Shown here: piece by piece, positions 1 to 9,327 of the stretch
Layout: every line of letters begins with the position of its first letter
How positions within the stretch are numbered: the first letter of the stretch is position 1
Assembly (NCBI GenBank): GCA_965262115.1
Contig: OZ253496.1
Location: 1,216,001-1,280,000, forward strand
Direction of reading: 5' to 3'
Source of the DNA: Nitrospinales bacterium
Lineage (GTDB): Bacteria; Nitrospinota; Nitrospinia; Nitrospinales; VA-1
DNA: 64,000 bases
The notes under the pieces: generated by a model
The model's input: only the letters and a program-made list of their open reading frames with translations
Told to the model about the DNA's origin: nothing
The model's database searches: none
Made by a program: the position numbers and the translations under genes

Positions 1-411
1 AAAACAGTTCATTCATTCCGAGTGGCAACTCTGGCCCTGAGCTTTCTGTTCCTCAACCCATTCTTCATTCACTATTCGCACGAATTAAGGGGATATCCGT
101 CCCTGTTTTTCTTCGCAGTTTGCAGTTATGCATGTTTGTGGCTTCTGTTTGAAAGAAAAAGTCAGTTCGGCCCATGGTGTGGACTTTTTTTATCCCTTTT
201 GGCTTGCTATGTGGCAAGCATTTCATCCTTAATGTTTTTCTTTGTATTTCTTTTCGTGATATGGATTCTAAGGTTGCTTGAGCATTTTTCATATTTTCAA
301 GATCATTTAAAGCTTTTCAACAATATAAATACTAAGCATTTATTTATATTTTCCTTGGTTTTTTCGATTGTTGTCCTTTTTATTGTTTTCAAGGTCGACT
401 ATAAAACTTGA
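1..411 (+). pseudogene. Membrane glycosyltransferase (GT39/ArnT-like); starts upstream of the window and is truncated at the IS30 left end
   Basis: Frame open from position 1; multiple TM helices; YSHELRGY resembles the GT-C 'YSxEaRxY' loop; stop TGA 409-411 lies at the IS boundary. Confidence 0.55.
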
Positions 412-506
412 GTTCAAGTTGTAAGTACAACTTTTATGGTTGATTAAGAGGCAAGCTGGGATAAACTCCACAGCGTTTCTCAAATCGCCAAATCAAAGGA
501 GCGCGG

Positions 507-1618
507 ATGAGAGTTTATGCCCAACTTACCCAAGGACAACGATACCAGATTGAAGCACTCTTAAAAACGGGTCATAACCAAACAATGATAGCCAAAGTAC
601 TTACCGTCCATAAATCAACGATCAGCCGTGAGATCAGACGTAATCGAGGTCGCCGTGGTTACCGGCCAAAACAAGCCCAGGAGAGGGCTGTGATGCGCCG
701 TTTAATCAAATCCGTACCGCGCATCGGTTTTTCTACCTGGACCATGGTGGACTCCCTGATCAAACAAGACTGGAGCCCGGAACAGATCTCAGGCCGTTTG
801 TTCAAAGAACAAGGCATTTCGATCAGTCACGAACGCATTTACCTCTATATTTACCAGAACAAACAACAAGGCGGTGATCTTCATAATCACCTGCGTTGCC
901 AGAAAAAACGCCGCAAACGTTATGGTAAACAAGATCGCCGGGGACGCATTCCCAACCGCATCAGCATTGATAAACGCCCGGCTATCGTTAACAACAAGTC
1001 CAGGATCGGTGACTGGGAAGGCGATCTCATCATTGGCAACGGACACCGGGGGGTCATCGCCACCCTTGTAGAACGCAAAACCAAATATACGGTTCTGGCC
1101 AAATCGAACACCCAACAAGCCCGGTCGGTACGCCAAACCCTCGAACAAGGACTTAGGCCTCATAGAAACAGGGTTCACACAATCACCTGTGACAACGGGC
1201 TGGAGTTTGCCGAACACCAGAAAATGGCGCAATCCCTGTCGGCTAATATCTACTTTGCCCATCCTTATGCTTCTTGGGAACGAGACCTTTGCATAAGTCG
1301 AAAAATCGAAGAATCTAGATGCTTCGACAAGCTCAGCATGACAATACTGGGCCATTTTGTCATTCTGAGAAACAAGGTGACGAAGAATCTCGGGTTATGC
1401 AAAGGTCTCCTTGGGAACGGGGCCTGAACGAAAACACCCATGGACTCATTCGACAATATTTACCAAAATCACCGCCCCTGAATAACATCACCCACAAGAA
1501 ACTGGGCACCATCATGGATCAACTCAATCATCGACCCAGAAAAACACTCGACTTTAAAACACCCTGTGAACTATTCTTCAAAAAACAAACTTTACTAACT
1601 GTTGCACTTACTAGTTGA
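507..1618 (+). pseudogene. IS30-family transposase interrupted by a MITE
   Basis: HKSTISREIRRN HTH, WSPEQI, GDWEGD, DNGLEF; removing 1282-1418 restores YASWERGLNENTHGLIRQYLPK...NHRPRKTLDFKTP. Confidence 0.95.
1282..1409. mobile_element. 128-bp MITE (family A) with 15-bp perfect TIR and 9-bp TSD
   Basis: GAGACCTTTGCATAA (1282-1296) and TTATGCAAAGGTCTC (1395-1409); TSD CTTGGGAAC at 1273-1281 and 1410-1418. Confidence 0.95.
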
Positions 1619-1651
1619 ATCCACCGGTGATTATTCAGCACCAGCAGGAAT

Positions 1652-2167
1652 TTATACTGTTGCGGATTTGATAAACATTTTATAAGCGATGAGGCCAAAT
1701 AGCGTGACTCCTGCCGCAAAAAAAGCGGTTCCTGATGCTTGGGCGATCAGGGCAACCGACTCTTTTGCCGCACCGGTTGACCCCATTCCAGGAGCCAGAA
1801 ACCCGGCCAGCAGCCAGAAAATTCCATAGCCCAAACTTCCCAGCCCACTGAGCAGGGAAACTCCTAATTGCGCGCGGGCCGGAAAACTTAACCAGGCCAC
1901 CAGCAGTGAAAAAGCGATACTGATGACACCCATAGTCTGCGAGTGCAAATGGGCACGTTTCATATAAATCCATGATTTTTTAACCACCTTGTCGGCTTTG
2001 GCCTGATCGCCCTTATAAATCCCGGGCAATGCCTTTTCGGAGCCGGACTTCAAAATATCTTTAATGTTGTCTTCGCAACAACCGAAAGACAAACCCAACG
2101 ACCCTCCGAACAGGATCGCGATCATAGCGACTAAAACTCCATATTTGATGTGCGAAAAATCGATCAT
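1652..2167 (-). CDS. Conserved hypothetical 4-TM membrane protein
   Basis: Four hydrophobic segments and a RAHLH motif; likely ATG at 2167. Confidence 0.75.
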   Translation of the reverse strand: MIDFSHIKYGVLVAMIAILFGGSLGLSFGCCEDNIKDILKSGSEKALPGIYKGDQAKADKVVKKSWIYMKRAHLHSQTMGVISIAFSLLVAWLSFPARAQLGVSLLSGLGSLGYGIFWLLAGFLAPGMGSTGAAKESVALIAQASGTAFFAAGVTLFGLIAYKMFIKSATV

Positions 2168-2274
2168 GGCCTCACCCAAAAGTTTTGTTATCAATGTCTG
2201 CTTAAAGCAGGTCCACTAATGCACCGGTATTTGTCAATTGTAAAATTATTTTTAACAGAGTAGAATTCCCACTG

Positions 2275-3810
2275 ATGAAAAGCGTTAACCATAAAGCCAA
2301 AACAATTATTGCCCTATATGCGCTCTGTTTCTTTCTGGCAGTTCCCCTCCCCGCAAGCGTCGAAGCTAACGAAAAGGGCATCCCCCTGTTCCAGAAGAAA
2401 ATCAAAAAAATCCTTTCCAGTTCCTGTCTGAGAAAAAAAAATTTTGGTATAAAAATTTACTCGCTGGATCGTGGCGAATCCCTTTTCGAATTACGCGGGG
2501 AAAAGCTATTCATTCCCGCCTCGAATTTAAAAGTTCTCACTACTGCCGTTGCGCTTGAAGTCCTTGGCCCAAATTACCGTTTTCCAACACGGCTCTATAC
2601 AGATGGTACCTTGAAAGATGACGTGTTAAACGGCAATCTTTATATCAAGGGTTATGGCGATCCCAAGTTTGTCACAGAGCAAATGTGGCTACTGGTCAAC
2701 GAATTAAAAAATCTTCCGGTGCGTGAAATCACTGGAAACATTATTGGCGACGATTCTTTCTTCGATGACAGGAAACGAGTGAAGACCTGGATCAAGAATC
2801 CAGGCGCAGAGGCTTATGAGGCCCCCTTAGGCGCACTGTCTTTCAACTTCAACACGGTCCAGGCTTTTGTGAGCCCCGGCCCGAAAGCGGGGAGCAAACC
2901 GAAGATCGTTATCGAACCCGATACCGAATACATCACTCTCGACAATCAAGCCAGAACCCTTAAACCCGGCAAACGCAACCGGCTGATTGTCAACCGGTTG
3001 GACCGCAATGGATTTGATGAGATCACGGTTTCAGGAGGAATCCGTCTCGACCAGCCTCGGGCTCAGTATTTCTTAAACATTACCGACCCCACCCTATACA
3101 CCCTGAGCACACTGAAAAAATACCTGGGATATGCAGGCATCCAGTTCCTAGGCAAAATCGAGCAGGGAATAGTTCCTGCAGCAGCGATGGAATTATTAAC
3201 TCACGAGTCAGAACCCCTTACATTGGCGCTTCAGGGTCTCAACAAGTTCAGCAATAACTTTGTGGCGGAACAGATTTTAAAAACCATCGGGGCTGAGAAA
3301 TATGGTCCGCCCGGCACCACCCTGAAAGGTCTTAAAGCTTTTGAAGAGTATCTGACAGAACTGGGATACCGACCGGATCAATACAAGGTTCTCGATGGTT
3401 CCGGTTTGTCCCGGAAAAACCGCTTGTCGCCGCAAATGATTGTTGATGTCCTCCGCTATGTCAAGAACGACCTGGGAGTGTACCCTGAGTTTGTTTCTGC
3501 TTTGGGTGTGATGGGGGTGGATGGAAATGTAAAAAACAGAATGCGTGGGGTAAAAAGTTCGGAGCGAGCACGGGTTAAAACCGGCACCCTGAATTTTGTC
3601 AGCGCGCTTTCCGGTTATTTTCAATCCCGGGACGGAGAAACTTTTGCTTTCTCTATTTTAATGAATGGCTTGAAATGCTCTAACGGCAGGATCAAAAAAC
3701 TACATGACCAGATCATCCGGGAAGGGTTGCACTTTCGACGCATTCCTACCGGCAGTGTCATTTCCGAAAAACAGGGAAACCCTCCACCTACTTCAGATCC
3801 AGCTCTTTAA
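2275..3810 (+). CDS. dacB: D-alanyl-D-alanine carboxypeptidase/endopeptidase (PBP4, peptidase S13)
   Basis: Signal peptide; SxxK (PASNLK), SNN, DGSGLSR and KTG motifs. Confidence 0.95.
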   Translation: MKSVNHKAKTIIALYALCFFLAVPLPASVEANEKGIPLFQKKIKKILSSSCLRKKNFGIKIYSLDRGESLFELRGEKLFIPASNLKVLTTAVALEVLGPNYRFPTRLYTDGTLKDDVLNGNLYIKGYGDPKFVTEQMWLLVNELKNLPVREITGNIIGDDSFFDDRKRVKTWIKNPGAEAYEAPLGALSFNFNTVQAFVSPGPKAGSKPKIVIEPDTEYITLDNQARTLKPGKRNRLIVNRLDRNGFDEITVSGGIRLDQPRAQYFLNITDPTLYTLSTLKKYLGYAGIQFLGKIEQGIVPAAAMELLTHESEPLTLALQGLNKFSNNFVAEQILKTIGAEKYGPPGTTLKGLKAFEEYLTELGYRPDQYKVLDGSGLSRKNRLSPQMIVDVLRYVKNDLGVYPEFVSALGVMGVDGNVKNRMRGVKSSERARVKTGTLNFVSALSGYFQSRDGETFAFSILMNGLKCSNGRIKKLHDQIIREGLHFRRIPTGSVISEKQGNPPPTSDPAL

Positions 3811-3822
3811 AGACCCTCTGAC

Positions 3823-4578
3823 TTAACCGCCAAAAACCTTGCGGTTTTCCTTGCGGTCTTCTTCCAGAATTTTTTTCCAATCCCTTTTCACATGGGGAGC
3901 TGCTAGAAAATCCTCATAAATGGATTTCGCCAGTTCCATGCGGTCAATGCCTTCCGGCGCGACTTGGATATCCAACTGCGCCAGGGCCATGTCAAAGTCC
4001 CGATCCAATAAGGAAGCGGAATCCATATCACATTCTTTCAGCGCCTGACGAACGGTCGCGGGGTCCTGACCAAAACGTCTTGCCACTTCATTGAGGTTGG
4101 AAGGCTTATATTCTTTTTTAGGTCCAATGCCCAAATGATAGGCACAGAACAAGCTGAAAGCATCCAGATTCCCGGTCAATGGCTTTTCCGAGACAGACGG
4201 ATTTTTCGCCGCGGAGGTCTCAACAGGCCGCCTTGAAGTCGGCGCCGTTCTTCCATTGCCCCTGCCAGATCTTTCCTGATAGGGTGGTTTTTGCCCATTC
4301 GGGTTACCGTCATTGTTGCGTTTTTGGCGATACGGATTCTTGCCGGTTTGCGGTTTGCGGGTATTGCTGGAACCCGACTTGTTTTTGCTAGCTATGCTGA
4401 TGTGAGAAGTCAATGCCTGGGAAGAAGAAGGACTAGAGGAAACCCATGGATGGATTCCGCCTTTCCTCTGCCCAGAGTTTTGGTTTTGATTTCTTCCGGA
4501 GGCGTTGCCCTGGCAGTTTTGATTTTGAGGTTTCCGCAGGTTGCTCCCGTTTCTTCTAAATGAGCCTGTTTTTTTCAA
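3823..4578 (-). CDS. Hypothetical protein: low-complexity N/Q/R/S-rich N-terminus plus folded C-terminal domain with an HTH-like segment
   Basis: 251-aa ORF from TTG; C-terminal LFCAYHLGI...NLNEVARRFG; start uncertain. Confidence 0.7.
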   Translation of the reverse strand: MKKTGSFRRNGSNLRKPQNQNCQGNASGRNQNQNSGQRKGGIHPWVSSSPSSSQALTSHISIASKNKSGSSNTRKPQTGKNPYRQKRNNDGNPNGQKPPYQERSGRGNGRTAPTSRRPVETSAAKNPSVSEKPLTGNLDAFSLFCAYHLGIGPKKEYKPSNLNEVARRFGQDPATVRQALKECDMDSASLLDRDFDMALAQLDIQVAPEGIDRMELAKSIYEDFLAAPHVKRDWKKILEEDRKENRKVFGG

Positions 4579-4660
4579 AACGCTATTCCTTTAAATATGG
4601 GGTGGAGTTTCATGGTTCTAATCATCCTCTTTGTTTTGGGGTAAGGGTTAAACATTTTTG

Positions 4661-6469
4661 CTAATGGGTTAGGTGCTCGAGCTCATCCACCAAGCTGGAA
4701 AATTTTGCCAAAGCGGTTCTAACCGGTACGGGTGAAAGCATATCCACCCCTGCAGACTTCAGCAGGTCGATCGGGTATTTTGATCCCCCTGATTTCAAAA
4801 AGCCCAAATAGTCGCTCAACTCTGCTTCTCCACCGGAAAGAACCCGGTTGGCCAAAGCATAAGCGGCGGAAATGCCTGTGGCATATTTATAAACATAGAA
4901 ACTGAAATAAAAATGTGGGATGCGAAAACATTCCAAGGACAGGCAATCATCCAGAACCACTGCTGGACCGAAATAAAGTTCCAGAAGATTCCTATAAATC
5001 TTTTTGAAGGGTTCCAGTGTCAAAGGCTCATTATTCTCCATTGCCTTATACACCTGATATTCGAATTCGGCAAACATGGTCTGCCGGTATAACGTACCGC
5101 GGAAATTACCAATCTCCCGGCAAATGAGATAAATTCGCATGTCCGGGGCAATATCCTGGCCCAAAAAATGCCGGGTCAAAAGAGCTTCGTTAAAAGTGGA
5201 AGCCACTTCCGCCACAAAGATCGTGTAGTCGGAATACAGATAAGGCTGATTTTTTCTTGAATACAACGAGTGCATCGAATGCCCCGCTTCGTGCGCAAGA
5301 GTGTAGGCGCTGTTGATATTGTCTTCCCGGTAATTCATGAGAATGAAGGGATTCGAATCGTAGCACCCGGAGGAATAAGCCCCGCTCCGCTTGCCTTTGT
5401 TTTCATAACGGTCTGTCCAGCGGTCTTCCGACAACCCGCGTGTCAGTTGTTCGACATACTCCTCACCTAAAGGATTCAGGGCAGACCGAATCTCTTCTAC
5501 CGCCTGCTCGAAGGGCATGTGCCATTTCATATCCTTCACCAGCGGAACACCGCAATCATACATATGCAATTCGTCAAGTTTTAACAGGCGTTTTCTTAAA
5601 TCAAAATATTTATACAGCGGGTCGAGATTCTGATGCACCGATTCGATCAGATTGTCATAAACCTCCACCGGGATATTTTCAGAAAACAACGCCTTGGCCC
5701 GGTAACTGAAAAAGTTTTTGGCCCTCGAGTAAAACAAATCCTTTTTTATGCTTCCGGCAAGCAAAGTGGAATAGGTATATTGATGGGATTCGTAAGCCTT
5801 GTAATAGGTATTAAAAGCATCCTGCCTGACCCTGCGGTCATAATTCTGCATAAGGCTCTGGAAATTGCCGTGAGTGAGAGAAACCGTTTCACCGTTTTCA
5901 TCCTCAATCTCCCCCAGTTGAAGGTCGGCGTTATCGAGCATATCGAATGCGTCCCGCATGCCCCGCCCCATTTCGCCGGACGCGGCTAAAAGCGCCTCCT
6001 CTTTTTCGGAGAGCGTGTGATCCCGGTAACGCAAAACCTGTTCCAGATGGAATCGGTAAAACTCCAGTTCCTTATCGGCCAAAAACGCAGATATCTTATT
6101 ATCAGGGATAGACATAATTTCTGACCGGATGAAACTGGAAGCTCGGCTTGCTTCATTGACCAGCCTCATGACCTTTTCAAAATTCCCCTGATAAAGACTA
6201 TTGGTTTTATCCTCATCATTTTTAAGATGGGCAAACGTGTAAAGCTTTCCCAACTGGCGGGAGAGGTTCATATCAAACTCCAGGCAAGCCTTGAGTTTGA
6301 GGGCAGACTCCGCCAACGTGCCGACAAAGGAAGCGTATTCATTAATACCCGCTTCCAATTCGGTCAACTCGGTGTTCCAGACATCATCGGATGAATACAA
6401 CCCTGTCAAATCCCATTGGGACTCTACAGTCACTTCATCGCGTGCCAGGGTTCCTGCTTTGGCATCCAT
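4661..6469 (-). CDS. pepF: Oligoendopeptidase F (M3B)
   Basis: WDLTGLY start; GKRSGAYS; HEAGH zinc motif; AEVASTFNE; YVYKYATG. Confidence 0.97.
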   Translation of the reverse strand: MDAKAGTLARDEVTVESQWDLTGLYSSDDVWNTELTELEAGINEYASFVGTLAESALKLKACLEFDMNLSRQLGKLYTFAHLKNDEDKTNSLYQGNFEKVMRLVNEASRASSFIRSEIMSIPDNKISAFLADKELEFYRFHLEQVLRYRDHTLSEKEEALLAASGEMGRGMRDAFDMLDNADLQLGEIEDENGETVSLTHGNFQSLMQNYDRRVRQDAFNTYYKAYESHQYTYSTLLAGSIKKDLFYSRAKNFFSYRAKALFSENIPVEVYDNLIESVHQNLDPLYKYFDLRKRLLKLDELHMYDCGVPLVKDMKWHMPFEQAVEEIRSALNPLGEEYVEQLTRGLSEDRWTDRYENKGKRSGAYSSGCYDSNPFILMNYREDNINSAYTLAHEAGHSMHSLYSRKNQPYLYSDYTIFVAEVASTFNEALLTRHFLGQDIAPDMRIYLICREIGNFRGTLYRQTMFAEFEYQVYKAMENNEPLTLEPFKKIYRNLLELYFGPAVVLDDCLSLECFRIPHFYFSFYVYKYATGISAAYALANRVLSGGEAELSDYLGFLKSGGSKYPIDLLKSAGVDMLSPVPVRTALAKFSSLVDELEHLTH

Positions 6470-6520
6470 AACTCAGGATAGGACGGGAAACACGGGTTTC
6501 CAAAAGGTGATTAACATTCT

Positions 6521-9172
6521 CTACCGGATTGCCTGCTGTATCGTTTTTAAATGAATTTCAAGTTTAGCCTGTTTTTCAGAAAGGGTAGTTTTCCTTTTCT
6601 CGTCTTTTTCGATGACTTCGGCAGGCGCTTTCTTCACAAAATTCGGGTTGGAGAGTTTCTTATCTAAAAATATGAGGTCTTTTGCAATTTTTTTCAACTC
6701 TTTTTCTATGCGGTTCCGTTCTTCGTCAAAATCCATCAGGCCCTCAAGAGGGATAATCAGGTCCATTTCTCCCAATACCGAAGATGCCGAGACCTTCGGT
6801 TTCTCAATATCAGGACCTATGGTTATTTGATCCACTCGGGCTAATGCACGGATAAAACCGGCATGTTTTTTCAAAACAGATTCCAAATCGGCATGTCGGG
6901 TTTTGACTAATGCGTTTAATTTCAACCCCGGATTCAGATTCATCTCGCCACGGATATTGCGTATGCCTGTAATGACTTCCATCACCTTCCCCATTGCTTT
7001 TTCCACATCGGGTTCGCTTATGGCGGCATCAAATTCGGGAAAAGCGCTGACCATGATACTGTCTCCGCTTTTGGGTAATTTCTGCCATATCTCTTCTGTG
7101 ATAAATGGCATAAATGGATGCAAAAGCTTCAGGGCCGCTTCCAGCACATGCACGAGAACATTTTGCGCGGCTATTTTTTCAGAGCCCTCCACCTGCAAAC
7201 GGGGTTTGGCAAGTTCGATGTACCAGTCGCAGTATTCATTCCAAATGAACTTGTAAACCGCGAGAGCGGCATCGTTGAACCTGAAAGTTTCCAGAGCCTC
7301 ATTAACTTCCCGCGTGGTGTTGTTCAGTCGACTCAAAATCCACCGGTCAGCGATGGACCTGTCTGCCTTTTCATCCGGTTGACAGTTTCCCTGATAACCC
7401 TCCAGATTCATAAACACAAACCGGGAAGCGTTCCAGAGCTTGTTGCAGAAGTTCCGGTAACCTTCGATGCGATCTTCGTCCAGTTTAATGTCCCGGCCCT
7501 GAGCGGCAAAAGCCGCCAGCGTAAACCGCAACGCATCCGTTCCATATTGTTCCATGACAGCCAAAGGATCGATCACGTTCCCCTTGGTCTTGCTCATTTT
7601 CTGTCCTTCCGCATCACGAATCAGGGCATGGATATAAACATGGTGGAAGGGCACATCGCCCATAAATTTGATCCCCATCATGATCATGCGCGCCACCCAG
7701 AAAAACAGGATGTCAAATCCGGTACAAAGAACAGAGGTGGGATAAAACCGTTTAAGCGTTTCCGTTTTTTCAGGCCAGCCCAATGTGGAAAATGGCCAGA
7801 GCGCGGAACTGAACCAGGTATCCAGCACATCGGTCTCCTGCTCCAGATATGTCGAAGAACAGGCCGAACATTTTTTTGGGGTTTCCCGGACCACAGTAAT
7901 TTCGCCGCAACCCTTACAGGTCCATGCGGGAATCTGGTGCCCCCACCAGATTTGCCGGGAAATGCACCAGTCACGGATATTTTCCATCCACTCAAAATAG
8001 GTGTTCTCCCAGAATTTCGGGACAATTTTTATAGTGCCATCTCTCACCGCCCGTATCGCCGGTTCCGCCAAAGGTTTAGCTTTGACAAACCATTGTTTGG
8101 ATAAATAAGGCTCAACCACTGTTTTGCAACGGTAGCAATGTCCGACTGAATGATTCAGGTCTTCTATTTTCAGCAGGACTCCCGCATCTTTTAAATCTTT
8201 CACCAGTTTCTTGCGGCATTCAAAACGGTCCAGCCCTTCATAAGCCGGACCGGCCTCGGCATTCATAGCGCCATTGGGATCCATCACATTGATCGATGCA
8301 AGGTCATGCCGCCGTCCAATTTCAAAGTCATTCGGATCATGGGCAGGAGTCACCTTTAGAGCGCCGGTGCCAAAAGAGGTGTCAACATAACTGTCTTCGA
8401 TGAGTGGGATCTCTCTGTTCACGACAGGCAGCATCAACGTCTGACCTTTGTATTTCGTGTAGCGCTCATCCTCCGGGTTGACCGCCACAGCTGTATCTCC
8501 CAACATGGTTTCCGGTCGGGTGGTGGCAATGATGAGCAAACCCTCGCCCTCTTTAAAAGGATATTTCAAATGATAAAGATGGCCCTGAGCATCCTGATGT
8601 TCCACTTCCAGATCAGAAAGCGCCGTATGGCAACGGGGGCACCAGTTAATGATATAGTCGCCTTTGTAAATCAACCCTTCTTCATAAAGCGTGACAAAAA
8701 CCTCGCGCACCGCCTTGGATAACCCCTCGTCCATGGTGAAGCGGTCCCGCTCCCAATCCAGTGAGCTGCCCAGTTTTTTCAACTGCTCATTGATGGTTCC
8801 TCCTGATTCGTTACGCCACTTCCACACCCGCTCTACAAACGCCTCTCGACCCAGCGCCTGCCGGTCGGTCCCTTCCGCATGCAATTGCCGCTCAACCACG
8901 TTCTGAGTGGCAATTCCAGCATGGTCTGTGCCCGGTTGCCACAGGGCGTTGAACCCTTGCATGCGTTTCCAGCGAGTCAGAATGTCCTGCAGGGTATTGT
9001 TGAAGGCATGGCCGATGTGCAAACGCCCGGTAATATTGGGAGGCGGTATGACTATGGAAAAAGGCGGACTGTCAAGCGTCTCATCAGCGTGATAAAAGTT
9101 CTTTTCCTGCCAGAACCGTCCCCAGCGTTTTTCGACTTTTTCTGGCTCGTAATGCTTATCCAATTGAATCAT
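6521..9172 (-). CDS. valS: Valyl-tRNA synthetase
   Basis: PPPNITGRLHIGH; DWCISRQIWWGH; KMSKT; C-terminal coiled coil. Confidence 0.99.
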   Translation of the reverse strand: MIQLDKHYEPEKVEKRWGRFWQEKNFYHADETLDSPPFSIVIPPPNITGRLHIGHAFNNTLQDILTRWKRMQGFNALWQPGTDHAGIATQNVVERQLHAEGTDRQALGREAFVERVWKWRNESGGTINEQLKKLGSSLDWERDRFTMDEGLSKAVREVFVTLYEEGLIYKGDYIINWCPRCHTALSDLEVEHQDAQGHLYHLKYPFKEGEGLLIIATTRPETMLGDTAVAVNPEDERYTKYKGQTLMLPVVNREIPLIEDSYVDTSFGTGALKVTPAHDPNDFEIGRRHDLASINVMDPNGAMNAEAGPAYEGLDRFECRKKLVKDLKDAGVLLKIEDLNHSVGHCYRCKTVVEPYLSKQWFVKAKPLAEPAIRAVRDGTIKIVPKFWENTYFEWMENIRDWCISRQIWWGHQIPAWTCKGCGEITVVRETPKKCSACSSTYLEQETDVLDTWFSSALWPFSTLGWPEKTETLKRFYPTSVLCTGFDILFFWVARMIMMGIKFMGDVPFHHVYIHALIRDAEGQKMSKTKGNVIDPLAVMEQYGTDALRFTLAAFAAQGRDIKLDEDRIEGYRNFCNKLWNASRFVFMNLEGYQGNCQPDEKADRSIADRWILSRLNNTTREVNEALETFRFNDAALAVYKFIWNEYCDWYIELAKPRLQVEGSEKIAAQNVLVHVLEAALKLLHPFMPFITEEIWQKLPKSGDSIMVSAFPEFDAAISEPDVEKAMGKVMEVITGIRNIRGEMNLNPGLKLNALVKTRHADLESVLKKHAGFIRALARVDQITIGPDIEKPKVSASSVLGEMDLIIPLEGLMDFDEERNRIEKELKKIAKDLIFLDKKLSNPNFVKKAPAEVIEKDEKRKTTLSEKQAKLEIHLKTIQQAIR

Positions 9173-9327
9173 TCGATCAAAAATTTTCCTTTACACCCAA
9201 ATATAAAAAATACTCCCCCTCTGCCTGTAACGCACAAGGAAAGCTTAAAATGGTAACGGTCTTTATATATCACTAATAATGAGGAATGAATTTCTTTAAA
9301 AAAGAGCGGTTCGTAAAGCGGGGCCTG

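Larger units (their letters stand above)
407..1625 (+). mobile_element. IS30-family insertion sequence (inactivated)
   Basis: Imperfect terminal IRs GAGTTCAAGTTGTAAGTACAAC (410-431) and GTTGCACTTACTAGTTGAATCC (1601-1622) bracket an IS30 transposase; outer ends uncertain by a few bp; no clear TSD. Confidence 0.9.

Noticed and set aside
7118..8104. Long antisense ORFs (also 20892-21770, 27091-27918, 43103-44026)
   Set aside because: Shadows of well-supported genes on the opposite strand, with no motifs.
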